Source: a virus
Lineage: Duplodnaviria > Caudoviricetes
DNA length: 39,371 nt
Virus record (IMG/VR): IMGVR_UViG_3300050161_000160
Coordinates: 1 to 39,371 of that record
Strand: one strand, 5' to 3'
The notes beneath the pieces are model-generated. The model was given only the letters and a program-made list of their open reading frames with translations, was not told the DNA's origin and searched no databases. Position numbers and translations under genes: made by a program. Positions 17,545 to 26,185 of the stretch are shown here, piece by piece (within the stretch, counting starts at the first letter, position 1; every line of letters starts with the position of its first letter).

Positions 17545-18567
17545 TTACGCGGCGCTCTGGAAGCCGAGCTCCAGGGCGTTGACGGTGGTTTGCGTCCAGG
17601 CGCCCCCGCTATTCGGGTTGGTATCGTAGCGCGTGCCGGTCGGCCCAAAAGCCGCGGCCACGCCCGCCAAGTTGCCGCTCAGGTAGTCCGTGCCGCCCGA
17701 ACGGGCCATGCTCTTGACGTTGAGCGGGGCGTTGGTCCCGTCATTCTTGGCCCGGATACGGTGAAAAACGCACTGGATGGTGTAGCCGGTCGGCACCGTC
17801 ACGTCCCCCATGGCGTAGGTTTGGCGCTCGCCAGGGGTCGTGGACTTGTTGAAGGTTGAATCGTTGGTAACGGCCTCATTCACGTCCGTGTAAGCGCCGC
17901 TCCACTCCTGGTGGGCGCCGGCGCCCGTCGCCCGAATGGTCTTGAGGTGGGCGCTCACCAGGCTCATGTCCTGGGCCGCCATCACTTCGCTATGGTAGGC
18001 GTTGCGGAAGGCACAATTGCTCGCCAGGTCCATCCGCGCCAGGTCCGTGAGGCCGGGCATGGAGAGCGTACCCGTCCACACCGTGGTATTGCCCAGCGCA
18101 AAGAGCACGGTGTGGTTGCCGCCGGCGTCCAGGAGGACGGAAATATCTGTGGTCCAAGGGTTGTTGGGGTAAGGCCCATATGCCCCGGTAACGGCCGTCC
18201 AGACAGGGGCGGTGCCGGTGCCGGTGTTGTAGTAGAGGTGGAGGTTTATGTCCCCCTCGCACCGGACTTTGAGCCAGGGGTGGAAAGAGCTGTCCCGGAG
18301 GATGAGCATATCAATGGCGCCGCCGGCATCGGCCCGGACGGTGTTGACGTGCACCGCGCAAGCGTGGCCAACCGGCACCGCATAGGGCGCGTTGCTGGCG
18401 TCCGTGAAGTTGCAATAGATGGTGTTGACATCGTAAACGCTCGTCGCGGCATCACAATACGTGGCGTCATACTGCCCGCCATTCACCTCCCCCGCGGCCG
18501 AGCCTGGGGCAATGACAAAACCGTCCAGGCGTGAAGAGCCGAAGAGCATGAGCGGGGCAAGGGTCAT
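17545..18567 (-). CDS. Putative lectin/ConA-like virion protein (340 aa)
   Basis: T/G/N/Y-rich all-beta composition; C-terminal DTNPNSGGAWTQTTVNALELG motif; AAAGGA RBS. Confidence 0.6.
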   Translation of the reverse strand: MTLAPLMLFGSSRLDGFVIAPGSAAGEVNGGQYDATYCDAATSVYDVNTIYCNFTDASNAPYAVPVGHACAVHVNTVRADAGGAIDMLILRDSSFHPWLKVRCEGDINLHLYYNTGTGTAPVWTAVTGAYGPYPNNPWTTDISVLLDAGGNHTVLFALGNTTVWTGTLSMPGLTDLARMDLASNCAFRNAYHSEVMAAQDMSLVSAHLKTIRATGAGAHQEWSGAYTDVNEAVTNDSTFNKSTTPGERQTYAMGDVTVPTGYTIQCVFHRIRAKNDGTNAPLNVKSMARSGGTDYLSGNLAGVAAAFGPTGTRYDTNPNSGGAWTQTTVNALELGFQSAA

Positions 18568-18591
18568 GGCAGCAATGTCCTTTGTGTTTGG

Positions 18592-19305
18592 TTAAGGAAT
18601 AACGCCCTTCAGCGTTGCCGCAAAGCCCTTTAGCGTCACGTCCTGCCCGGCCGGGGCGAGCCAGCGGAATCGGTCGCCTTTGGCCACGGTGATGGGGAGG
18701 CCGCCGGTGGTGGCGAGGCTCACGGAGCCGTCCGTGCCGATGGAGATGGTGGCAACGGTCGTCCAGGCCCCGCTCCCACCCACCTGGCGGTCTATGGTGC
18801 TGGTCCAGGGGTCGGTGGGGTTGACGAAAGGCGCGGCCGTGACGGAGCCCAGGAAGTTGCCCGGGTACTGGAAGTCCACGCCCGCCACGAAGATGGCCAG
18901 GGCCTCGCTGGCGCCCGGGTCCTCGTTGAACCACAAGGCCCACTGGAGCCCATAGGCGTTGAAGGCCGCTTTGGCCGTTGCCGCCACGCTCCCGGCCATG
19001 GCGGCCAGGTCGGCAATGTCCTCAGCCGTGAAGGTGAAATTTACCGCCGCGTTGGCATCGAACGCCACGGCCGCGTTGCCATGCGAGCTCCAGCGCACCG
19101 TCCGGCTCAGGGTCTGGCTTGAGGCAACATAGGTGCCGTACCCCACCTCAAAGTTGGCGCCTTGCTGGACCGAATAGGAATAGGCCGCACCGTCCACCAG
19201 GGCCTCCTGGCCGCGGTAGCCGTCCACGGCGGAGCCGAGCTGGAAGGAGCCGGTGCCCGCGGCGGTGGTGGTGAGGCAAACCAGGTCCACAAAGGTGATG
19301 CTCAT
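18592..19305 (-). CDS. Putative fibre/anchor protein, N-domain paralogous to 16651..17529
   Basis: ATG at 19305 overlaps the MuF stop (ATGA). FVDLVCLTTTAAGTGSFQLG.AV.GY...YSYSVQQGANFEVGYGTY....TLSR, then an Ala-rich linker and a C-terminal beta domain ending GDRFRWLAP..QDVTLKGFAATLKG. Confidence 0.65.
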   Translation of the reverse strand: MSITFVDLVCLTTTAAGTGSFQLGSAVDGYRGQEALVDGAAYSYSVQQGANFEVGYGTYVASSQTLSRTVRWSSHGNAAVAFDANAAVNFTFTAEDIADLAAMAGSVAATAKAAFNAYGLQWALWFNEDPGASEALAIFVAGVDFQYPGNFLGSVTAAPFVNPTDPWTSTIDRQVGGSGAWTTVATISIGTDGSVSLATTGGLPITVAKGDRFRWLAPAGQDVTLKGFAATLKGVIP

Positions 19306-20183
19306 GGGATAAGCTCCGGTAGCACCGGCACGCTCACGCACCGGCAATTGATTTCCACGCCGGGGTGCGTCCACTTGCCTTCCAGGAAGGCCCCCTGGGC
19401 GAGCTTATACGTTTCGCCCGAAAACTTCACGTGCTCCGGCCTGGGTTTTTTCCCGCCGGCCGAGTGGAGCCACTTGGCCTCCACAATCCCCAGCTCCAGG
19501 TGGCGCGTGCGGGCGAGGGTGGCCGTCGCCTTATTGTTTTGGTCGCGGGCGATGAGCGCCGCGCGCCGGCCGGCGATGCCAAAACTATCGTTGAGCTCCT
19601 GGGTGAGCTGCTCCAGGTCGCGGCCCACCTGGACGGAGCGCATAACCGCGCCCTCCATCCGCTTGAGCTGCTCATCCGCCAGGCCGGTGATGAGGTTGAC
19701 TTGCTCCGCGATGGTCGCTTGCATTACATCGTTGAGCCCGCGCGTCATACGGAAGCGGATGGTGAGGCCGTGCTCCCGGAGCATCCGCTCCAGGTCGCCG
19801 TCCACGCGTTCTTGGACCTTGGTTGCGAAGTATTCGCCCAGCTTGGGGGCCAGCTCCCGGAACCGGGCCCGCCAGAGCCGGCCGCGCTTGCGGAGGAGCT
19901 TTTTGAGCTCCCGCGCGGGGCTGGCATCCTGGGCCAGCTCCGGGGCGTCCCGGCGGTACTGGGCCAGGACGGCCCGCACCATGCTGGCTTGCATCGCGCG
20001 GAGCTCCGCGTCCAGGCGCTCCTGGTAACGGTCCCGGATCACGGCCCCCGGCCGGATCGCCCGGAGCGTGCGCTGGCCCTTGCCGTCCATGGCCCTGGCC
20101 ACGTGGCTCCGCTGGTTGAGCGCCTGGGCCACCTCCGGCCAGTTGTCGGGCCTGGGCCGTGCGTTGACGGGCGGCGGCGTCAC
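19302..20183 (-). CDS. Head morphogenesis / minor head protein (MuF, SPP1 gp7-like)
   Basis: RRAALIARDQNNKA, W.HS.GGK.PRPEH, PG.EINCRC MuF signature. Confidence 0.92.
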   Translation of the reverse strand: MTPPPVNARPRPDNWPEVAQALNQRSHVARAMDGKGQRTLRAIRPGAVIRDRYQERLDAELRAMQASMVRAVLAQYRRDAPELAQDASPARELKKLLRKRGRLWRARFRELAPKLGEYFATKVQERVDGDLERMLREHGLTIRFRMTRGLNDVMQATIAEQVNLITGLADEQLKRMEGAVMRSVQVGRDLEQLTQELNDSFGIAGRRAALIARDQNNKATATLARTRHLELGIVEAKWLHSAGGKKPRPEHVKFSGETYKLAQGAFLEGKWTHPGVEINCRCVSVPVLPELIP

Positions 20184-20404
20184 TTGCGGCGCCGGGCCTT
20201 GGGCTTGGCGTCCTGGGCCGGCGGGGGCGGGGCGTCGTCCTCCTCTTCGCCTTCGTCCTCATCGTCCTGGAAGGCGGGGTCATCCAGCACGTCCTCATCC
20301 TCCCGCCAATCGCCTTCCTGGGCGCGCTTGAGGAGGGCGGCTTCCTCTTCGTCCGTGAGGGCGGGGAAGGTCCGGTCCATTTTGGGGTGGGGCAAACTCA
20401 TCAT
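20180..20404 (-). CDS. Small acidic protein (74 aa) between portal and MuF
   Basis: AGAAAGGGA RBS; ATGA and GTGA overlaps on both sides; D/E-rich with a basic tail. Confidence 0.65.
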   Translation of the reverse strand: MMSLPHPKMDRTFPALTDEEEAALLKRAQEGDWREDEDVLDDPAFQDDEDEGEEEDDAPPPPAQDAKPKARRRK

Positions 20405-23400
20405 TCCGTCCCTTTCTTCGGATTGAACAACCAGGCCACGTGATCCTCCAGCTCTTTGGGGAGGGTGCCGGGCTTGTAATCGCCGCGCGTCACCATGGCC
20501 GCCAGCTCCGCGTCCCGCTCAAAGGGGTCCTTGGAGGCATAGCGACTGATGTGCTGGTGCGTGAATTTGTGGCGCTCGCCCGAATCAGGGAAGAGCTTTT
20601 GCATGATTTTGCCCAGGCGATCAGGCGAATTGATATGGCTCTGCATCCCCAGCGCGTGCGTGAGCTCGTGGATGATGACCGTTCGCGTGGCGTGGTCGAG
20701 GTTGCCGTTAGGGTCGGCATAGGTGCCCCAGCGGGAACCATCGGATTTGATGCTGGTCCGCTGCTGGTCGTGGAGATAGTCCAGGGCCGCCTTGCCCACG
20801 CTCATGGAGAGGAAGCCGGTGCGCTTGCCCCCCAGGCCCGTGAAGTTGCCGCCGCGCTGGTATGCGTGGCCAAGGGCGCCGCGCGTGCCGGCCGGGGTGT
20901 ACTTGACATCCGCTTCCTTGAGCGCGCCGGCGATGTTGTAGCCCAGGCTTTCCAGGTGCTCCAGGGCGTCCTCCACGTGGCCCATCATGGCCCGGTGGTC
21001 CTTGGCGGCCTGGCTTTTCTCCGTGATGTCCACGGGGGTGTGGCCGCGCACGGACTTAGCGTGGCCGGCGCGCACCTGGTCGTGGAGGTCGCTCAGCTCC
21101 TTACGGGCGGCCGCGCGCTCTTCCTGGTCCTCGCTCCAATAGCGGGCACGGAAGGCGGGGTCCTTGCTGAGCGCGGCGGCCGCGCGCTTCGCCTTGGCTG
21201 AGCTGTCATTGAAAACGCCCATGCCCCAGCGGTCGGTCCACTTTCGGTCAATCTCATCCGGGTGGGCCGTTTGGTAACGGGCGTCCAGTTTCTTGCGCCG
21301 GGCCAGGCCCTCTTCGCCCACCACGGCCTCCGCGGCTTCGCGCTTTTTGGCGGTGGCTTCGCGCTTTTTGATGCTCTCCAGTTTCTTCGTGGCCTGGTTG
21401 GCCTGGTCCGCGTGCTTGCGGTATGCGTCGTAATGCTCCTGGAGCCCGGTTTCCCGGTATGCTTCCTGGTGGGCGCGGGCGGCATCGCCATGCGTCGTTT
21501 TGTGCGCGGCCCACTCTTCCGCGGTCTTGGGCTTCGCCGGGAGCGCCAGGGTGCGTTGGGTGGCCTCCGCCGCGCCCCTTGCCGCCCAGTCGTCCCCGTG
21601 CTCGGCCCGAAGCGCGGCGCGGCGGTGCTTGTCGGCCTGGTCCTGGTGGTGGGCGAAGTTGGAATAGGCGCCCTCCGGTGCGTTGCGGCCCAGGCGAAGA
21701 GTGGCGTAATGCTCTTCGGCCGCCACCTTGTGCGCCTGGTGGGCCGCGTGGTGCGCGTCCTTCGTCCCGGCCTGGTCCGCGTGCTCGCTCAGGCGGTCGG
21801 CGTGCTCGCCGGCGCTCTCGCCCTCCCGCCGGGCCATCGGGTCCACGTGGGGCTTTTCCGTGCCGCCCCCGTGGCCAGGGACGTTGCGGGCCTTGCTCAT
21901 GGACTTGGGGCTGAGCGTGCGGCCGTTGAGCTTGCCCCCCGCGCCGCCGATCACAGTATAGTTTCCGCCGCCGGCGTTCTTCACCAGGAGCGGGTGGCCC
22001 GGCTCTTCGCCGTTGGGGTGGACCGTTATCCAATGCTCGCCATCGTCCTGGGCGAGCGCGGCCGAGAGGGCGTCATTGGCCACGAGGGTGCTCATGGCGT
22101 CCTGGGCCGCGTCGGCCAGGTCCTCCGTGTCGTCCTCGTCATCCTCCTGGCCGGGCTGGTCGGGTGCCTCGCCGGGCTGGAGGTCCACGCCAAAATACGG
22201 GCCGTTGGGGTCGTTCTTGAGGCGCTCCCGCACTTCCTCGCCGTCAATGATGCCCCGGTCCACGTACCCCTGGTCAATGGTGGCGTCCGTATTGCGAATG
22301 CGGCTCTTCGCTTCGTCATCCAACTCCCAAAGGTCCTGGAATTCAAAGGTTATGCTGTCGTCCAGCTTGCCGTCCATATTGAGCTGGAGCACGGCCAGGA
22401 TGGTGTTGAGCGGGGCCTGGTAGGTCTTTTCCTGGTAGCCGCGGATATGGGCATAGAACGCCTTGAGCTCGCCCTCAGAGCTGGCGTTGAGGCCGGTGGG
22501 CGTGACGCCCAGGAGCACCACGAGCGGGATGCCCACCACGGAGGCAATTTGCTCTTGCGACTGGGCCAGGAGCTTGTCCACCGTGCCCAGCGGGGCCGAG
22601 ACGTTCTTGAGGTCCTCGGTTTCCTTGTCCACCAGCATGAGGCCGTTATTGTCGCGGCCGAAGGTGAACGCCTGGATGCGGCGCATGAGCTCGCCGGCGC
22701 CGTCCGGGGCGAGCATGGCGCTCATGTTGGTTGAGAGCACCATAGTGGAGAACGAATAGAGGAGGTTGCCCACGCTGGTGCGGTTGCGGATGAAGCTGTC
22801 CACGTAGGGCTTGGCCATTTGGCTCATGCTGAGCCCGCCGAACATATAGACCGGCTTGAGGATGTCCGGGAGCTCACGGCCCACGAAGGTGAGCAAGCGG
22901 GTATTGTGGACGCGCTTGCCCATAATCTGCCACATGGTCGGCGCGTAAAAGTCGTCCGCCAGCGGGTTGTTTGTGTTGAAGTTGAGCGGGTAGCACCAGT
23001 ACGCCTCCACAACCTTCATGTTGCGCAAGCTGTCCACCGGCACCGTTTCGGGCTGGAGCGCCAGGGGGTCCACCAGCTCCGGGTCCTGGTCGCCAAAGTC
23101 CATGAAGATATGGGCGCGGCCCATGAAGCCGTCAATTTCGGTCGCCTCCCGGAATTTCTCCCGAACGCCAAAGCGCACCAGCTCCTTCTCCAGCTTGGCC
23201 ACGCGGTCGGCATCCTCGCCGTTTAGCTTTATCCATTTGCGCGTGCACTCGGCCGCCCAAATCTCAGAGATACGGCGGTACTCGCTCCGCTGGGTGAGCT
23301 CGGCCAGGTAGCCGTAGCCTAGGAAGCCCAGGCCCTCCGTGAACGGGTTGGACCCCATCGCCCAGTCCGCCATGGCCTCCATCGGCACGCTGTCCATGGC

Positions 23401-23622
23401 CAGCTTGGCGTCCGGCCCCACGGCCTCGGCCAGCCAATGCGGCTTGGCCGGGAGGGACCAGGTGGCGCGCGGCGGGCCGCTGGCGGCCAGCTCGGCCACG
23501 GTGGATGGGGAGACGCGCCACCGCTTGCCATTTTGCTCCACGGCCGGCTCCGGCGCGGCGGGTGCTTCCTGGCGCGCGGTCGTCCCCAGGAGCCACCGGG
23601 TGAATTTAGCGGCGAAGCCCAT
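20401..23622 (-). CDS. Portal protein (DUF1073 family) fused to a ~550 aa extension with a C-terminal HEXXH zincin metallopeptidase
   Basis: Residues ~78-490 carry F.GY.YLAEL.QRSEYR...E.TRKWI, DGFMGR, NPLADDFY.P, IPLV.LLG.TP.GLNASSEGE portal motifs. W531 begins WITVHPNG. HELTH at 985-989, followed by SRYA..D..E..AE. Confidence 0.88.
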   Translation of the reverse strand: MGFAAKFTRWLLGTTARQEAPAAPEPAVEQNGKRWRVSPSTVAELAASGPPRATWSLPAKPHWLAEAVGPDAKLAMDSVPMEAMADWAMGSNPFTEGLGFLGYGYLAELTQRSEYRRISEIWAAECTRKWIKLNGEDADRVAKLEKELVRFGVREKFREATEIDGFMGRAHIFMDFGDQDPELVDPLALQPETVPVDSLRNMKVVEAYWCYPLNFNTNNPLADDFYAPTMWQIMGKRVHNTRLLTFVGRELPDILKPVYMFGGLSMSQMAKPYVDSFIRNRTSVGNLLYSFSTMVLSTNMSAMLAPDGAGELMRRIQAFTFGRDNNGLMLVDKETEDLKNVSAPLGTVDKLLAQSQEQIASVVGIPLVVLLGVTPTGLNASSEGELKAFYAHIRGYQEKTYQAPLNTILAVLQLNMDGKLDDSITFEFQDLWELDDEAKSRIRNTDATIDQGYVDRGIIDGEEVRERLKNDPNGPYFGVDLQPGEAPDQPGQEDDEDDTEDLADAAQDAMSTLVANDALSAALAQDDGEHWITVHPNGEEPGHPLLVKNAGGGNYTVIGGAGGKLNGRTLSPKSMSKARNVPGHGGGTEKPHVDPMARREGESAGEHADRLSEHADQAGTKDAHHAAHQAHKVAAEEHYATLRLGRNAPEGAYSNFAHHQDQADKHRRAALRAEHGDDWAARGAAEATQRTLALPAKPKTAEEWAAHKTTHGDAARAHQEAYRETGLQEHYDAYRKHADQANQATKKLESIKKREATAKKREAAEAVVGEEGLARRKKLDARYQTAHPDEIDRKWTDRWGMGVFNDSSAKAKRAAAALSKDPAFRARYWSEDQEERAAARKELSDLHDQVRAGHAKSVRGHTPVDITEKSQAAKDHRAMMGHVEDALEHLESLGYNIAGALKEADVKYTPAGTRGALGHAYQRGGNFTGLGGKRTGFLSMSVGKAALDYLHDQQRTSIKSDGSRWGTYADPNGNLDHATRTVIIHELTHALGMQSHINSPDRLGKIMQKLFPDSGERHKFTHQHISRYASKDPFERDAELAAMVTRGDYKPGTLPKELEDHVAWLFNPKKGTE

Positions 23623-25141
23623 AACGCAAATCCCTAAGAGTTTCGGCGCTGATAACCAGCGGACGGTTGAGAGCTACCACAGAGAAACCGCGGCTGAAAG
23701 CGTCCACCTGGTCGTCATGGAGCGCGGAGGGGAACGCGGCCAGCTCTTCACGAAACGGCGCGTTCCAAGATGCACGGACCAATGACACATTCCCCAGGTT
23801 GACCTGGGCCGCGGCCGGCGCGGCCCGCGTGGCCTTGTCGCCCGTCTCCGGCGAGCTCAGCACCTTGTAGCCCGCCAGTTTCTTGCCGAAGCCCTGGACC
23901 TGGGCCTTGCCGGCCTGGCCGGGGTCCTGGGGGATGGAGATTTGCACCTTGCGGCCGTCCGCCTTCGCCGTGGCCAGGATGCAATTCTCCACCTCTTCCG
24001 GGCCGCCGCGCATTCGCACCACGTCCAGAACCACGTAGCCGTCCTGGGCGGTCCGCATGACCTTTACGCCCACGGTCCAGTCTGGATTGCTGGTGCCCAG
24101 TTTCTTTGTGGCCGCAAGGTCCCACGCCCGCACAATGTTGGACGTTTCCTTGGGCGCGTCGTCCAGGTAGCCGAGCTGGTTGACCTTGAAGACTGTTCCT
24201 TCGCCCGCGGTCGGCCGGCCCATGAAGAGCGCCCACCAGTCGCGCATGGCCCCGGCCGCTTCGTATTCGGATTTGATGACCTGGAGCGCGGCGCCGTAGC
24301 CGTACTCATCGTCCGCCCAAAGGCCCACGCCTGGCGCGCGGCCGAGCGGATCGGGCGGGACAATGCCGGTGTTGGGGTCGGGGCCGAGCGCGTGGGCCGG
24401 GATGTTGAGCACGTCCCAAAGGCCCGGCTGGCGTTCGATCAAACGGCCGCCCAAGTCGTCCTCATGCCATCGGGTCATAATGACGATCACCCAGGCGCCA
24501 GGCTTGAGGCGCGTGCGGAGGTCGCTCATGTACCAATTCCAAACGCGCTCCCGCATCGTCTCGCTATCGGCATCCTCCCGGCTCCGCACTGGGTCGTCAA
24601 TGAGCGCCCCGTCCGCACGATTGCCGGCAATGGCCACGCCAACGCCCGCGGCACGATAACGGCCGCCGGTGCTGGTGGTCCAAAGCGGGGCGCTCCGCTT
24701 GCGCAGTCGGAAGCGCATGAGCTCCGGGTGCTGGTCCACAATGGCTAGGGAACGGTCGCTGAAGTCTTCCGCCAGCATGGACGTGTTGGACGCCCCAATG
24801 AAGTTGAAGCGCGGAAAGCGGTTGAGCAAGTGCACCGGCAAAAGCTCGCTGGTATAGGTGCTCTTTGCGGCGCCCGGCGGGGCATTGATGAGGAGGCGCT
24901 TGGGCCCGGTGCCATTGATGACGCTTTCCACCTTGTCGATTATGACGCGGTGGTGGGCCGCTGGTGCCAGGTCACGGGCCGCCATGATGGTGGTGCACCA
25001 GGTGAGATAGTCCTCCCGGCACCGCACGCGCCGGTAGCCCTGGACCACGCTCTGGAGCTTGCGGCGCTGGTCCGGCGTGGCGTTGTCCCAAAAGGTCTGG
25101 AGTTGCTCCTGGGTAAACCCGCCGGCGCCGGCGTCAAACAT
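23606..25141 (-). CDS. terL: Terminase large subunit
   Basis: ATG at 25141. RLLINAPPGAAKST (Walker A), LIDDP (Walker B), IMTRWHEDDL.G, RAWDLA, HDDQVDA nuclease motifs. Confidence 0.95.
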   Translation of the reverse strand: MFDAGAGGFTQEQLQTFWDNATPDQRRKLQSVVQGYRRVRCREDYLTWCTTIMAARDLAPAAHHRVIIDKVESVINGTGPKRLLINAPPGAAKSTYTSELLPVHLLNRFPRFNFIGASNTSMLAEDFSDRSLAIVDQHPELMRFRLRKRSAPLWTTSTGGRYRAAGVGVAIAGNRADGALIDDPVRSREDADSETMRERVWNWYMSDLRTRLKPGAWVIVIMTRWHEDDLGGRLIERQPGLWDVLNIPAHALGPDPNTGIVPPDPLGRAPGVGLWADDEYGYGAALQVIKSEYEAAGAMRDWWALFMGRPTAGEGTVFKVNQLGYLDDAPKETSNIVRAWDLAATKKLGTSNPDWTVGVKVMRTAQDGYVVLDVVRMRGGPEEVENCILATAKADGRKVQISIPQDPGQAGKAQVQGFGKKLAGYKVLSSPETGDKATRAAPAAAQVNLGNVSLVRASWNAPFREELAAFPSALHDDQVDAFSRGFSVVALNRPLVISAETLRDLRYGLRR

Positions 25142-25595
25142 TCGTCCACTCCGCGTCCACCACGTCCGGGGCGGGGAGCTGGCCACGAGGTGGCGCCAGC
25201 ATCTCGGCCAGGGCGGCCACCATTTGCTGGCTGGTGAGCTCCTCCACGCCTTCCGCCACCTCGTGCTTGAGGAGGACGGCCTCCCCGTAGCGTTGCGGGC
25301 ACCAGCGAGCCAGGAGCTTGAGGCCGCAGTCCAGGCGGACGCGGCGGTCCTTCGGGTCCAGCGCGGGGTCCATGCCGGTGGCGTAAAGCTCCTCCGCCAT
25401 AGCGTCCCATCCAGCATCGCGCGCGCGGGCGTACTGCTCCGCGGCTTCGGGGGTCGCCGTGAGCCATTCGCCCAGCTTGTGGCGCATGACGCCAAAAGAT
25501 TTAGCTATGGACATCAAGGTCTTACCCTCCGCGATGAGCGGGAGCGCGGCTTCACAGAGCGCCGCCTTCATCTCTGGAGGGTACTTTTCAGTCAT
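25134..25595 (-). CDS. terS: Terminase small subunit
   Basis: IAEGKTL.SIA...W.....QYARAR..G.D.MAEE...R...D...LLARW.PQRYGE; directly upstream of terL. Confidence 0.85.
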   Translation of the reverse strand: MTEKYPPEMKAALCEAALPLIAEGKTLMSIAKSFGVMRHKLGEWLTATPEAAEQYARARDAGWDAMAEELYATGMDPALDPKDRRVRLDCGLKLLARWCPQRYGEAVLLKHEVAEGVEELTSQQMVAALAEMLAPPRGQLPAPDVVDAEWTNV

Positions 25596-26071
25596 GCGGG
25601 CATGAGCATTCTGAGCAAATTAACCATACGGTCATTATCTAGCTCACGGTCCAGGGCGCCGCAATCCTGCATAACGCGGATGACGCGGGCCCGGAACTTC
25701 ACCAGCTCGTCATGCTCGGCCAGGAAATACTGGAGGCGGGTGGCCCCGCTGGGCGTCTCATCGTCCTGGGGCGCCTCGCCCGTCACTAGGTCGAATTCGT
25801 CCCGCTTGTGGAACGCCTCCCGGCACGCGGCCAGCACCTCCAGGAGCGCCACCACGTGGTCCGCCTGGTTGGTCCCATCGGGGGCCTCCAGGTCGCGGCG
25901 CTCCAGGCACTCCTCCACGCGGTCATGGCCGTTGCTGAGCGCCTCGTGGTCCTCCAGGAGGGTGTGGAGCTCAACCGCGTGGTCATGCGTGGGCGGGGCT
26001 GGCGTGCCCACGGCATACCGCGCCAGCTCCACCCAGTCGCGCAACGAGCGCGACGGTTCAAAATAGTCCAT
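25592..26071 (-). CDS. Hypothetical protein (159 aa), first gene of the late operon
   Basis: ATG at 26071 with GGGAGG upstream; ATGA overlap with terS. Confidence 0.7.
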   Translation of the reverse strand: MDYFEPSRSLRDWVELARYAVGTPAPPTHDHAVELHTLLEDHEALSNGHDRVEECLERRDLEAPDGTNQADHVVALLEVLAACREAFHKRDEFDLVTGEAPQDDETPSGATRLQYFLAEHDELVKFRARVIRVMQDCGALDRELDNDRMVNLLRMLMPA

Positions 26072-26185
26072 TTGGGGCCTCCCTGTCTGCCTGGCCACAA
26101 TGCCCGGCCCGGCCCGGCTTGACAAGGCCCCCAGTCCAAGAGATACCTCCGCCACACCGATGGCCACTTGTGCCAAAACGGGGCT

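Noticed and set aside
16651-19305. Diversity-generating retroelement or invertible fibre cassette
   Set aside because: No reverse transcriptase, invertase or template/variable repeat pair in the window; the two paralogous N-domains are too diverged.
19302-20183. MuF polymorphic toxin
   Set aside because: The protein ends nine residues after NCRC, so it has no toxin extension.
20401-23622. Calling the portal an anti-CBASS Acb1 nuclease
   Set aside because: DUF1073 portals are sometimes labelled this way, but I see no paired HxT/S 2H-phosphoesterase motifs in the extension; its recognisable motif is HEXXH.
23606-25495. ORF-track 629-aa terminase, and other over-extended starts (1166, 1788, 4668, 11460, 12387, 19374, 26176, 26831, 27181, 27691)
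   Set aside because: The extensions overlap upstream genes in another frame; downstream starts with RBS or stop-start coupling fit better.
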